Assembly: GCA_963718565.1 (NCBI GenBank)
Contig: OY970364.1
Coordinates: forward strand, 160,001 to 224,000
Length of the DNA stretch: 64,000 bases
From: an uncultured Verrucomicrobiae bacterium
GTDB lineage: Bacteria > Chlamydiota > Chlamydiia > Chlamydiales > Rhabdochlamydiaceae
Direction of reading: 5' to 3'
A program made the translations under genes and the position numbers. Within the stretch, counting starts at the first letter, position 1, and each line of letters starts with the position of its first letter. This document shows positions 52,062 to 61,774 of the stretch, in pieces. The notes beneath the pieces are model-generated. The model did not search any database and was not told the origin of the DNA. It was given only the letters and a program-made list of their open reading frames with translations.

Positions 52062-53166
52062 CTACTCCTGGCGATGGATCTGAGGCGATGATCTCGCTCA
52101 AATTGGTTGTATTGACCAATTTCTCATAAACTTTTGTCGTCAATTGTTGTACGCTGGCTGCATCTGGATGGCAGTAACGAAGCAGTTGAGACAAAGTTCT
52201 GTGGCCTGTGGCGGCGGATAATTGAATATTAGAAGTTCCTGATACAGAAGCTATTGTAGCAAAACAGTGCCTCAAATCATGCACGCGGAAGTCTTCGATC
52301 GTTGCTTCTTTTAAAGCTTTTTCCCAAGGCTTGCGCAAAGTCAACTGACCAAAACGGGTTTTGCTTGCGAAAACCAAGGATTTTTCTGGATGCTTTTTGG
52401 CGAATAGATCCTTAAGCATTTCCAGTACATCACCAACGATGGCCAAGACACGTGGGCGTCCATTTTTTGTGCTTTTCAAATGGATCAAACCATTTTCAAG
52501 ATCCACTGCGTTCCACTGTAGACTCAATAATTCGCCGCTTCTTGCACCGGTTGTGAGAGCCAAAATGACGAATGGGAGAAGCAGCCTGTTGAAACTTTTT
52601 GCACATGCTTTCAGTAGACGCGAGCACTCATCAGGAGAGAGAGTTCGGTTTCTGCCCTCTGCTTCCTTAAGCTTTTTAACGCGGGACATTGGATTTGATG
52701 AAATCCACTCACACTCTTTCACTCCATGGCTTAGGACGGCTGAAAGAGAAGCAAGGTAGCGATTGACGGTAGCCTCAGTGCGCTTCTTTCCTTTTGGAAG
52801 AACTTCATCAAGGAGTTCCCTCCGGTGTCTTGAGATGAGATCTGAAGAAACATGGTTGAGAGTGAATTTCCCCAGTTTCAATTTCCACCAGTTGAGATGG
52901 CGGAGCACATCTTCTGCACTTTTGATGGAGGGAAGAATATCTTGAATGTAGCGGTCGATAAGCTCAGCTAAAGTGTGCTTTTGTCTGCACTTCTCAGGAA
53001 AGTACAGACCTTGTCTTCGCTTTGCCTCTTCCTGAATTGCCCAGTCTTTAGCTTCCTGATGTGTTGGAAAAGTTTTATATTGGATTGGAAGCCCGTCATC
53101 AGGACGGATCATGACGCGGTAGCTGTTAGTACCGTTTTTATTTTTTCTTTTTTGTATTGTTGCCAT
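52045..53166 (-). CDS. Tyrosine integrase
   Basis: TGARSGE, KNG, VHDLRH, TGH, RYCH; adjacent to the att at 53331. Confidence 0.95.
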   Translation of the reverse strand: MATIQKRKNKNGTNSYRVMIRPDDGLPIQYKTFPTHQEAKDWAIQEEAKRRQGLYFPEKCRQKHTLAELIDRYIQDILPSIKSAEDVLRHLNWWKLKLGKFTLNHVSSDLISRHRRELLDEVLPKGKKRTEATVNRYLASLSAVLSHGVKECEWISSNPMSRVKKLKEAEGRNRTLSPDECSRLLKACAKSFNRLLLPFVILALTTGARSGELLSLQWNAVDLENGLIHLKSTKNGRPRVLAIVGDVLEMLKDLFAKKHPEKSLVFASKTRFGQLTLRKPWEKALKEATIEDFRVHDLRHCFATIASVSGTSNIQLSAATGHRTLSQLLRYCHPDAASVQQLTTKVYEKLVNTTNLSEIIASDPSPGVDDGAD

Positions 53167-53330
53167 CTGTTCATCTCCATTTGTGGTTTACGTGAACAGA
53201 CAGTTCTGATGGGATGAGCTGACACGCATAAGATGTCAGCGTGCCGTATAAGTGCCATAAGGTAAAATGTTAAGTGAAAAATTCACATAACTTTCATTCT
53301 AACTTATTGCAGAACAAGCACTTAAAAATG

Positions 53331-53379
53331 TGGGGCAACCTGGACTTGAACCAGGGACCGACGGGTTATGAGTCCGCTG
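53331..53379 (-). repeat. att site: 3' half of a CAT-anticodon tRNA (copy 4)
   Basis: Reverse complement CAGCGGA-CTCATAA-CCCGT-CGGTC-CCTGG-TTCAAGT-CCAGG-TTGCCCCA with a perfect T-stem. Confidence 0.92.
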
Positions 53380-53603
53380 ACGCCCGCGCCACTTCCCAGC
53401 AGCTAACTCCCCGAAATCATAGCGGAAAGCACCCCTTTCCATCCATCGCAAACTATCGCCATTTATCGCCCTTTTTTGTATGCCAGTGGTCCACAAATGG
53501 TCCACAGACAAAAAATTGAATTCTATGAATGGGCTTTCTTGTATATGATGAATACCCTTAACGAGAGCTAAATATTCGAACCGGGAAAACGAGGGACTAG
53601 CGC

Positions 53604-56600
53604 ATGAAATGGGTACTCAATTTAATCAGCTTCCTACTGTGTTTACAGGGTCTGGAAGCGTCAACTAGCCAAGTGTACCTAGGATCGCGCGAAAGTGATC
53701 CAGCAAGTTTAGTAGAGAATGTGAGTACCATCCATGGCGATTATACAGAGGTTGAAGTTGATCTTACTGTTTCATCTCCAGATTCTCTAGTTTTATCTAG
53801 GTTCTATAGCAGTAGAGACACACTCCAAACAGCTAATTTTGGTGGATGGCGTTTTAATCCTCACTGCTTTCTTTCTATTCAGAAAGATCCGAAAGGAAAA
53901 TCCTATACAAGCGCTGAAGGAAAGTTCGAGCGCACTTATGTCTATGTCGGCAATCCTGATGGAACAATCCTGACCTATGTCGGCTGGCAGAACACTACCA
54001 ACCCCTCCAAGAAGTCCCTATTTAAAATTGATCCGGAAGGGGAGGTAGCAGGAATAGCGAATACAGCGAAGGGAACCATCAGCTGCTGGACAAACCTGAA
54101 AAATAACGAACTCTATTTTGATCCCCAAACGAATGGTTTTGAACTGCTTCTCTGTTCAGAAGGAAAGCGTTCTTATAGTAAACATCCTTCCCTCGATGTC
54201 TATTTTATCACGCAAGAAGTCCTTCCGAGCGGTAATAAAGTCTTCTATGAGTTCGATGAAAAAGGACAGCTCTCTTTCATCAAAGAAACCAACGCTTCAG
54301 AGAAGAAGGTGTTGGCTTGGATTAAAATTGAATATAGAAATGGGATTCACATTGAGACAAGCGACGGAAAATCCGCTGAATATCATTTCCAGCAAGATTC
54401 CTCAGGCGCAATGCTCTTAAGCGAGGTGATTAGGTCTCATAAGCCGAGCTTATCCTACCAATACCAAGTTGTGGGCAATCAAGCTCTTTTGACTAGAAAA
54501 ACTCTGCCTGAGGGACGTTTTGTCCAAATCGACTACTCCACTGATAAAGGGCAGAAAAACAAAGTTAGATCTGTGACTACCCCAGCTGGATCAGGAGGAA
54601 TGGCAAACGTCTTATTCTCCTATGGAGACGATTACACAGAAGTCGATGGTCCTGGAGAACGCAAGGCAGTATATCGATTTGATGATGATTACCAGCTCGT
54701 TGCTGTAGAACAATGCCTAGATGGATCTCCTTATCGGATTCACAAAAAGTCATGGGGGACAAAGAGCGATGCTGGAAACTTGATCTCTACATCTGTCGAA
54801 GACGCGGGTGGCAACATTTTCTACTACAAGCACTTCACTTATGATAGCAAAGACAAAGGAAATATTGTTGAAGAAAGAGAATATGGAGACGTCATAGGTT
54901 TAGGGGCCATCTCTTTGAATGTTGATGACAGTGGCCTTGTCACAAATCAAGATGGACACATCAAGAATTATGCCTATTTCTCTGGCAAAAACACTCATGG
55001 TTTTTTCCAAACAGATGCCAAGGGAACTGGAGTCAAATATTGGTACAAGAAAGGGACTAATCTTCTCCTGAAAAAGTTCATTTTGACAAAAGGGTCCCCT
55101 GATTCGGAAGAAGAAGACTATAGATCGGGCATAAAAGAGAGACATTTTTATGCCTATAACGATGATGCTGCTCTCATTCAGGTTATCGTCGATGATGGCA
55201 AAGAAGGACCCCTCAAAGACGATTATGGGGTTACCGAAAGGACTGTCACTCGCATTTCTCCAAAGCAAGAGCTCCCTAATGTCGGAGCGCCTGAAGTAGT
55301 TGAACAGAAATACAGCTCTACAGATGGGAAATCGGAATTTCTCCTAAGAAGAACTGTCAATCAGTTCGATGGACAGGGGAACATCGCTTCCCATGCCATT
55401 TATGACGCAGATGAAAACCATTGCTATACGCTTACCAAGGGATATGAACGTGGACTACTTGTTTTTGAGACCGATCCTCTTGGGAATGAGACGCATTACT
55501 CTTACGATGGGAATCAAAATCTGATCCTTGAAACCCACTCAGACACCGGCATTTCTATTGAATATGGCTATGATTTAAGAAACTTTCCTATTTACACCCT
55601 GGAGAAAGACCGAGCAGGGAATCGATTTGGAACACAAATCAGCTATGACCCCGCAGGACACAAACTCTCGGAACTCGATCGATATGGGAATGAGACGATC
55701 TATACTAATGATTCTCTGGGACGTCCCACCCAAATTACCTATCCAGAAGCCAGCGATGGTACTCGTTCTTCTGTAAGACCCACATACACTTATACCTACG
55801 ACCTATTTGACAATCCTATCTCTGTCACAGATCCAAAGGGAAGGACACTTGTAAGATCTTACAACGTCCATGGAAAGCCAATCGAGATCAATCATCTCAA
55901 TGGAACCAAAGAAGTGTTTAGATACGATAGCGGAGGGAATCTCCACCACTACTATGGCACGGATGGCCTTCTGCAAGTGTTTGCTTATGATTACAAAGGA
56001 AGATTAAACAAGCTCGAGCACTTTAAGAGGGGAAGTAAGAGCTCTAATTATGCCTTCAAGGAAACAACTTGTAGCTATGGAGCCTTCCATAAAACTTCGG
56101 AAACTGATGCCAGAGGTGAGCAAACAACCTATACTTATGGTCATTCAGGACGTCTAGCATCTTTGAGTAAAGACAAACAGAAGGTCGAGTTCATCTATGA
56201 CAGTCTTGGAAGAACTCGTGGAGTCAAAAAGTGGAAGTCTGCCAAGACCTTCACCTTGGACATCAAAGAATACGACCTTTTAGACAGGGTTATTGAAGAG
56301 CGTACCGAAGATCAAACAGGCAAAGTGCTACTCAAAAAAAGGTACGTCTACAATGATGCAGGGCAGATTACTCAAGTGATCGGCTATCCGCAGAATAAAG
56401 AAAGTATCTTACTCAAATATGAATATGATGGATTTGGTCGTCTTTACCAGGCAACCAATGCTGCAGGGCATACATCAACTATCGAGTATGATGACGCTTT
56501 TGTTAACGAATGGGGTCAAAGAACATGTAAACGTACTCTGATTGACCCGATTGGCAATCAGACCGAAGAGATCTTTGATATAGACGGTCGATTGATCAAA

Positions 56601-59102
56601 TTGACTAAAACAGATAAGTCAGGGCAGATCCTGGCTGATTCGGAGTCTTATTATGATAGTTTAGGAAATCAAGTCGCTCAAAAATCCCTCGTTCTCTCTG
56701 CCAATGCACCCTCTAGTGCCTATGAAACTCAATGGACCCTAAACCAGGCAGACCAAGTTGAATCATTCACCTTAGGAAGAGGAACTCCAGAAGAGCGCAC
56801 TCTGCGATATGAATACAATTCTTATGGAGATATCGCAGCGAAATATAATCACGGAGCTAAAGAGCCGATCACCTATCGATACAATAATGAAGGCAACCTG
56901 GACACCATCTCTTATAAAGAGGGGAAAAATGAGATCGACTACAAGCTTTCTTACGACCATCATAAAAACATCACGGAAGTTTACTTAGATTCCTCCTTCA
57001 CACTTAGCTATTCCTTCGATGCTCACGACATGCCTCTCACTGAAAAGATCAAAGATGAATTTGGATCTTATCAGGTAGGGCGTACCTACGATTGGGAGGG
57101 GAAAATTCAAACACTCCAACTTCCGGACGGCTCATTTGTCGAGTACTTTTATGAAGGACCTTTTGTCAAAGGAGCTAAACGCTTTAGCAAAGATAAAAAG
57201 GAGCTCTATAGCTATCAGGTGGCTTCAAGAGATCTCATGGGCAACATTCTCGAGGAAATCCTGCCCGGCCACCTTGGAGGAAGAAATCAGACTTGGGATG
57301 AAGCCGGTCGCAGAATAGAAATATCGACCGATTTCTTCCAAGATCGGGTGACAGCTGATGGATACGATCCTCTTGAAAACATCAAAAAACGAGAGACCGT
57401 CCTAGATGATGAGACGTATACCATCGACTATGACTACAATGCCTTATCTCAACTGATCCTCGAGAAAGGAGAGATCGAGCACAAGTACTCTTATGATTCG
57501 ATTGGAAACCGCCTACAAAGAGACGGATCAGCTTATAAAGTCGATGGCGTTAACCAACTCATAGAGGCTGAAGGAGCTACCTATACTTTCGATCCGAATG
57601 GCAATCTTGCTACTAAAACGATAGGGACCAGAATATGGACTTATCGAAGCAATCATCTAAATCAGATCGTCTCTATCACAGACCCTGATCAAACGACCGT
57701 AAAATTCACTTACGACCCTAGCGGCAAGCGTCTGACAAAAAGAATCGAATCTAAGGGAAAGAAATCGAAGGTGCTTCGTTTCTTCTATTTAGGAGACACA
57801 GAGATCGGCTCAGTGGATGAAAAGGGAGTTATCGTTGAGCTCAAAGTCCCGGGCAATCCTAATAACCCCGAGGCTCCAAGCATTGCCATTGAAATCAAGA
57901 AGGAAACCTATGTCCCCCTTTATGATCTGCAGGGAAATATCACTTGTCTTCTCGATCATCAGAGACGAAAGGTAGTAGAAACTTATCGTTATTCTGCCTT
58001 TGGGGAAGAGGAGATCTTCAATGAAAGAGGCCGTGTTATTTCCGACTCTTCTGCAGGTAATCCTTGGAGATATCGAGGCAAACGAGTCGACAAAGAGGTC
58101 GGCCTGATGTACTTCGGCTACCGATACTATGACCCTGAAGTAGGAAGATGGATTAGCCCTGATCCTGCAGGAGTGATCGATGGCCCCAATCTCTATGCTT
58201 ATGCTCGCAACAACCCCATGAAATATGTCGACTATTTTGGCTTGAATTCCGCGCTCGATGAAAATTGTGGGTGCACACAGCATGGCCATCCCGGGTGGCA
58301 TAATGCTCCTGAAGGCTGCGTTTGCATTTGTGGGAGGAATGGGAGTGCATATTCTGCAGGGAGCTACAGAAGTAAAATCGGGAGCGATATTAAGAGCGCT
58401 ATCTGCGGGGTCAGTCACGGGGTAGTGGACTTTGTGGTCGGCTCTATCCATGACCTGCAAACTGCTGCCACTTACATTGGGGCAGCCGAATTGGAGATCA
58501 GCCTTGAGGAGCGCATTCAAATCATAGAAGCTGTTGAGCAGTCACAAGCCGATCAAATGGATAAAGTCGGAAACTGGGTGATGGACATGCTTTCTATTGA
58601 TGAATCTGATTCCGTTTACCATTCTTTTCGATCTACGGCAACCACAGGATTAGAGATTGGATCTTTGATTGCTGGGGGGTATGGAGCTGTTAAAGGGGTT
58701 ATAGCGTTCAATAAATTAGCCAAAATGCCTATGCAAGTATCCAGGCTTATTAAGGCAGAAAGTCTTGTTGTTAAAAATATTGGGCAATCTAACAAAATTT
58801 GGACTTCAACAAAAAAAAGAACATCTGTCCAAAATGCTTATAGGCATTGGAAAGATCATGGGCATGAATTCTCTACACTGCAAAATTCAAAACAGTATGT
58901 TGAAGCAACAAGAAATTTTACTCAAAACCCTCCTTCAGGAACCCTTACGAAAATTCGACCAAATGGAGATGTTGTTCTTTACAATCCATCTTCTAATACT
59001 TTCGCTATAACAAATGAACAAGGATTGCCTCGTACCATGTATAAACCCGATCCTTTAATTCATAATTATTCAACAAACTTGGAATATTTTTATGGTCAAT
59101 AA
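53604..59102 (+). CDS. Rhs/YD-repeat polymorphic toxin with signal peptide and predicted C-terminal RNase
   Basis: YD repeats, core end RYYDPEVGRWISPDP...NLYAYARNNPMKYVDYFG; tip HWKDHGHEF...NGD...YNP...PRTMYKP. Confidence 0.92.
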   Translation: MKWVLNLISFLLCLQGLEASTSQVYLGSRESDPASLVENVSTIHGDYTEVEVDLTVSSPDSLVLSRFYSSRDTLQTANFGGWRFNPHCFLSIQKDPKGKSYTSAEGKFERTYVYVGNPDGTILTYVGWQNTTNPSKKSLFKIDPEGEVAGIANTAKGTISCWTNLKNNELYFDPQTNGFELLLCSEGKRSYSKHPSLDVYFITQEVLPSGNKVFYEFDEKGQLSFIKETNASEKKVLAWIKIEYRNGIHIETSDGKSAEYHFQQDSSGAMLLSEVIRSHKPSLSYQYQVVGNQALLTRKTLPEGRFVQIDYSTDKGQKNKVRSVTTPAGSGGMANVLFSYGDDYTEVDGPGERKAVYRFDDDYQLVAVEQCLDGSPYRIHKKSWGTKSDAGNLISTSVEDAGGNIFYYKHFTYDSKDKGNIVEEREYGDVIGLGAISLNVDDSGLVTNQDGHIKNYAYFSGKNTHGFFQTDAKGTGVKYWYKKGTNLLLKKFILTKGSPDSEEEDYRSGIKERHFYAYNDDAALIQVIVDDGKEGPLKDDYGVTERTVTRISPKQELPNVGAPEVVEQKYSSTDGKSEFLLRRTVNQFDGQGNIASHAIYDADENHCYTLTKGYERGLLVFETDPLGNETHYSYDGNQNLILETHSDTGISIEYGYDLRNFPIYTLEKDRAGNRFGTQISYDPAGHKLSELDRYGNETIYTNDSLGRPTQITYPEASDGTRSSVRPTYTYTYDLFDNPISVTDPKGRTLVRSYNVHGKPIEINHLNGTKEVFRYDSGGNLHHYYGTDGLLQVFAYDYKGRLNKLEHFKRGSKSSNYAFKETTCSYGAFHKTSETDARGEQTTYTYGHSGRLASLSKDKQKVEFIYDSLGRTRGVKKWKSAKTFTLDIKEYDLLDRVIEERTEDQTGKVLLKKRYVYNDAGQITQVIGYPQNKESILLKYEYDGFGRLYQATNAAGHTSTIEYDDAFVNEWGQRTCKRTLIDPIGNQTEEIFDIDGRLIKLTKTDKSGQILADSESYYDSLGNQVAQKSLVLSANAPSSAYETQWTLNQADQVESFTLGRGTPEERTLRYEYNSYGDIAAKYNHGAKEPITYRYNNEGNLDTISYKEGKNEIDYKLSYDHHKNITEVYLDSSFTLSYSFDAHDMPLTEKIKDEFGSYQVGRTYDWEGKIQTLQLPDGSFVEYFYEGPFVKGAKRFSKDKKELYSYQVASRDLMGNILEEILPGHLGGRNQTWDEAGRRIEISTDFFQDRVTADGYDPLENIKKRETVLDDETYTIDYDYNALSQLILEKGEIEHKYSYDSIGNRLQRDGSAYKVDGVNQLIEAEGATYTFDPNGNLATKTIGTRIWTYRSNHLNQIVSITDPDQTTVKFTYDPSGKRLTKRIESKGKKSKVLRFFYLGDTEIGSVDEKGVIVELKVPGNPNNPEAPSIAIEIKKETYVPLYDLQGNITCLLDHQRRKVVETYRYSAFGEEEIFNERGRVISDSSAGNPWRYRGKRVDKEVGLMYFGYRYYDPEVGRWISPDPAGVIDGPNLYAYARNNPMKYVDYFGLNSALDENCGCTQHGHPGWHNAPEGCVCICGRNGSAYSAGSYRSKIGSDIKSAICGVSHGVVDFVVGSIHDLQTAATYIGAAELEISLEERIQIIEAVEQSQADQMDKVGNWVMDMLSIDESDSVYHSFRSTATTGLEIGSLIAGGYGAVKGVIAFNKLAKMPMQVSRLIKAESLVVKNIGQSNKIWTSTKKRTSVQNAYRHWKDHGHEFSTLQNSKQYVEATRNFTQNPPSGTLTKIRPNGDVVLYNPSSNTFAITNEQGLPRTMYKPDPLIHNYSTNLEYFYGQ

Positions 59103-59361
59103 AATCAATAAGCTAGCTTGTAGAGTATGTGGAAAAATTCAGGATGATCCTCCGTGGGGAGAAGATGGACAATCCCCAACATATGATATATGCGATTGTT
59201 GTGGAACTGAATTTGGATATGGGGACTGCACATTAAAGGCTATTCAAGCTTCGAGAGAGCGCTGGTTAGCCAAAGATGCTGATTGGAGATATCCGGAAGA
59301 AAAACCAAAGAATTGGTCATTGGAAGAGCAGATGAAAAATATTCCTCAAGAGTACAGGTAA
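59092..59361 (+). CDS. Cys-rich cognate immunity protein
   Basis: CRVCG...PPW...ICDCCGTEFGY; overlaps the Rhs stop. Confidence 0.75.
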   Translation: MVNKINKLACRVCGKIQDDPPWGEDGQSPTYDICDCCGTEFGYGDCTLKAIQASRERWLAKDADWRYPEEKPKNWSLEEQMKNIPQEYR

Positions 59362-59383
59362 GTTTTCTAGAGAGGAACTAAAA

Positions 59384-59641
59384 ATGGAAAAAAATGAAAA
59401 ATATTGCCCTTGTCCATGCTGTAATTTTTTGACTAGATCTGAACCAGATCATGGCACATTTGAAATTTGTCCTGTGTGTAATTGGGAAGATGATGATGTG
59501 CAATTTAATAACCCAGACTTTCGCGGTGGGGCTAACCAAGAAAGCCTTAATGAAGCCAGAGAAAATTATAAAAAATTTGGGGCTTCAGCTCAAAAATATA
59601 TAAAAGCGGTTAGACCGCCACTTCCAGAGGAAATTCCATGA
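59384..59641 (+). CDS. Cys_rich_CPCC family protein (immunity-like)
   Basis: CPCC...ICPVCNWEDD...GAN..SLNEARENY. Confidence 0.85.
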   Translation: MEKNEKYCPCPCCNFLTRSEPDHGTFEICPVCNWEDDDVQFNNPDFRGGANQESLNEARENYKKFGASAQKYIKAVRPPLPEEIP

Positions 59642-60637
59642 TAGCCAAAAAAATTATCATGGAGAATATGTGTGAATGCCATGCCAGCATGTTTATTTTG
59701 GGCAAATGAGGGTTGACTGAGGGTGTATGAATCTAACTCCGCCTGATCGCGTAAATCCGATTCTTGAATTTCAGTCTCTTATTGTTTTTCTGGCTGTTCA
59801 ATATTTTCAGCTGTTCGATATATATTGAACAGTTGAATTAAGTGAACAGACAGCATCTATGGTTTTTGAGAGTCAAAGTTCTGCCTCTATCCACCGACCA
59901 TCTCTGTCAAAATCTATAATTCGATTTTGAAGATCGGCTCAAAGACCTCTTGAAAGACATGTGTTTTGGGATCTAGTTGGTAGAGTTTTCCAGGGCGTTT
60001 TGCAATCGTCTTCTGTAAGCTTGTCTCGATATTTGTAATCGAGCCTAGAATCAATGCATTACGCTTTTCAAAAGCCTGCTGATCATGAGGCGGATAAGCC
60101 ACCGCGCAAATAGGGCGCAGCTCTCCAGCTGCTTTGCTTCCCATAATCAAACGGGTATGCATCTCAGCGTCAACCATGTCCTCAAACTCCTTAAAATGCG
60201 AACGGAACTCCAAGTCATAGTAGCCAACTTGATCGTCGACGATTTTTCCTATGGGGAGCTCTATGCCCTCTTCCCAAAATTGGAGCCAGAAACCCAGTTG
60301 TCTTTGTCTAATCAGCTTGAGAGAAAGTCCTATTGGGTTAACGCCGCATTTTCAACTTCTTCTTTGTAAACCCAATGTATTCGAAAAAGAGATAACAGGA
60401 TTGAATCGGCCGGAATCTTCGCCCAAATGTTTTTATAAACGGATCATGTAGATCATTCCAAGTTTGCGGAATCTCCATTAGAGATCTAACTACAGGATTA
60501 TCAAAATAAATCAATTCCATCACGGATTCCATAGGGAAAAAGTGAAATTTTACACTGACGCCATTTTTCGTTCCAACAGTTTGCAATAGAATTCGATCGT
60601 TTACAACTAAACTCGTGTTATAACAATAGGAGCAAAT

Positions 60638-61774
60638 ATGGGACGGAAAGAAAGCCTCGAGAAGGCGGAAAATGATCTCAGAGGAATTATCGTGAGGACG
60701 CATAGGCATTGCAAAACCTATCGAGTGCGCATTCGGATGAAGGGCGGTCAGTGTTTTGACAGGTCGTTTAGATCGAAGACTTTGGCTAAAAAATGGAAGA
60801 GAGATATGGAGTCGGCAATCGAGCATGATCGGTATGAATTCACGAATCCTGCAACCAAGCACACTCTTGCGGATTTGATTGACCTCTACATTGAGAGAGT
60901 GCTGCCTGGAAAGCCACGGAATGCCAAGAATGTTTTTCGGCACCTGACTTGGTGGAAGGAGGAACTTGGGCATTTGTTGTTAGCTCAAGTGCGGCCTAGC
61001 ATAATCGCAGAAAAAAGGGATGAGCTGCTTGCGGGCTTGGTCAGGAGCGGAAAGCTGCGCTCTCCTACGACGGTGGTGCGCTATTTGAGCAGCTTATCTC
61101 ATGTCTTTTCAAAAGCAGTTAAAGAATGGGAGTGGATGAGAGAGAATCCGGTTTTTAAGATTGAAAAGCCCAAGCAGGCGCAAGGCAGAAAGCGGGTATT
61201 AACCGAAGAGGAGCAGCAAAGGCTTTTGCAATCATGCCAAGAGAGCGGATCGAAAGACTTGTTTTTGATCGTTGCTCTTGCCCTAGGAACGGGTATGCGA
61301 AAAGGCGAAATAATGGGGCTTAGATGGAGAAATATGCAGTTGGGAGAACCCACAGGAACGATTGTGCTCGAAAGAACGAAGAATGGTCGTTCAAGGTCTG
61401 TTTTGATTACCGGCTTGTTGTTAGAGCTTTTACAGGAACGACGGAAACAACAGTGCACTGATAGCTTGGTCTTTCCATCTCCCAATTATCCCAACCAACC
61501 TATTGATATTCGATCTGCTTGGGAAAAAGCTTTGCAAAAAGCTGGAATAGAAGGATTTGTTTTCCATGGATTGCGTCATCAGGCGGCTTCTCAAGCAGCA
61601 ACGATTGAAAACAGCCCCTTGGTGATCGGAGAGTTGCTCGGCCACCAGACCCTTCAGATGACCAGGCATTACGTTCATTTGCCAAGCGCTCATATGCACA
61701 CGATGGTCGAAGCACTTCAATCAAAAATTTTTCAAAACTATCAGGAGGGCAGCCATGCACAACTTAGAAAATAA
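60638..61774 (+). CDS. Tyrosine integrase (closest to 8330-9460)
   Basis: TGMRKGE, KNG, FHGLRH, LGH, HYVH; shares KHTL, AKNV.RHL.WWK and PIDIRSAWE with the element A integrase. Confidence 0.93.
   Translation: MGRKESLEKAENDLRGIIVRTHRHCKTYRVRIRMKGGQCFDRSFRSKTLAKKWKRDMESAIEHDRYEFTNPATKHTLADLIDLYIERVLPGKPRNAKNVFRHLTWWKEELGHLLLAQVRPSIIAEKRDELLAGLVRSGKLRSPTTVVRYLSSLSHVFSKAVKEWEWMRENPVFKIEKPKQAQGRKRVLTEEEQQRLLQSCQESGSKDLFLIVALALGTGMRKGEIMGLRWRNMQLGEPTGTIVLERTKNGRSRSVLITGLLLELLQERRKQQCTDSLVFPSPNYPNQPIDIRSAWEKALQKAGIEGFVFHGLRHQAASQAATIENSPLVIGELLGHQTLQMTRHYVHLPSAHMHTMVEALQSKIFQNYQEGSHAQLRK

Larger units (their letters stand above)
24048..53379 (-). mobile_element. Integrative segment C (about 29 kb), probably a fusion of two elements
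   Basis: att copies at both ends; int, xis and primase core at the right end; arm repeats differ between the two ends. Confidence 0.7.

Noticed and set aside
47146..53166. Complete prophage or ICE
   Set aside because: No recognisable structural, lysis, relaxase or mating-pair genes in the window.
59914..60560. Regulator divergent from the fourth integrase
   Set aside because: Only short broken frames with no recognisable motif; possibly a decayed gene, but unsupported.
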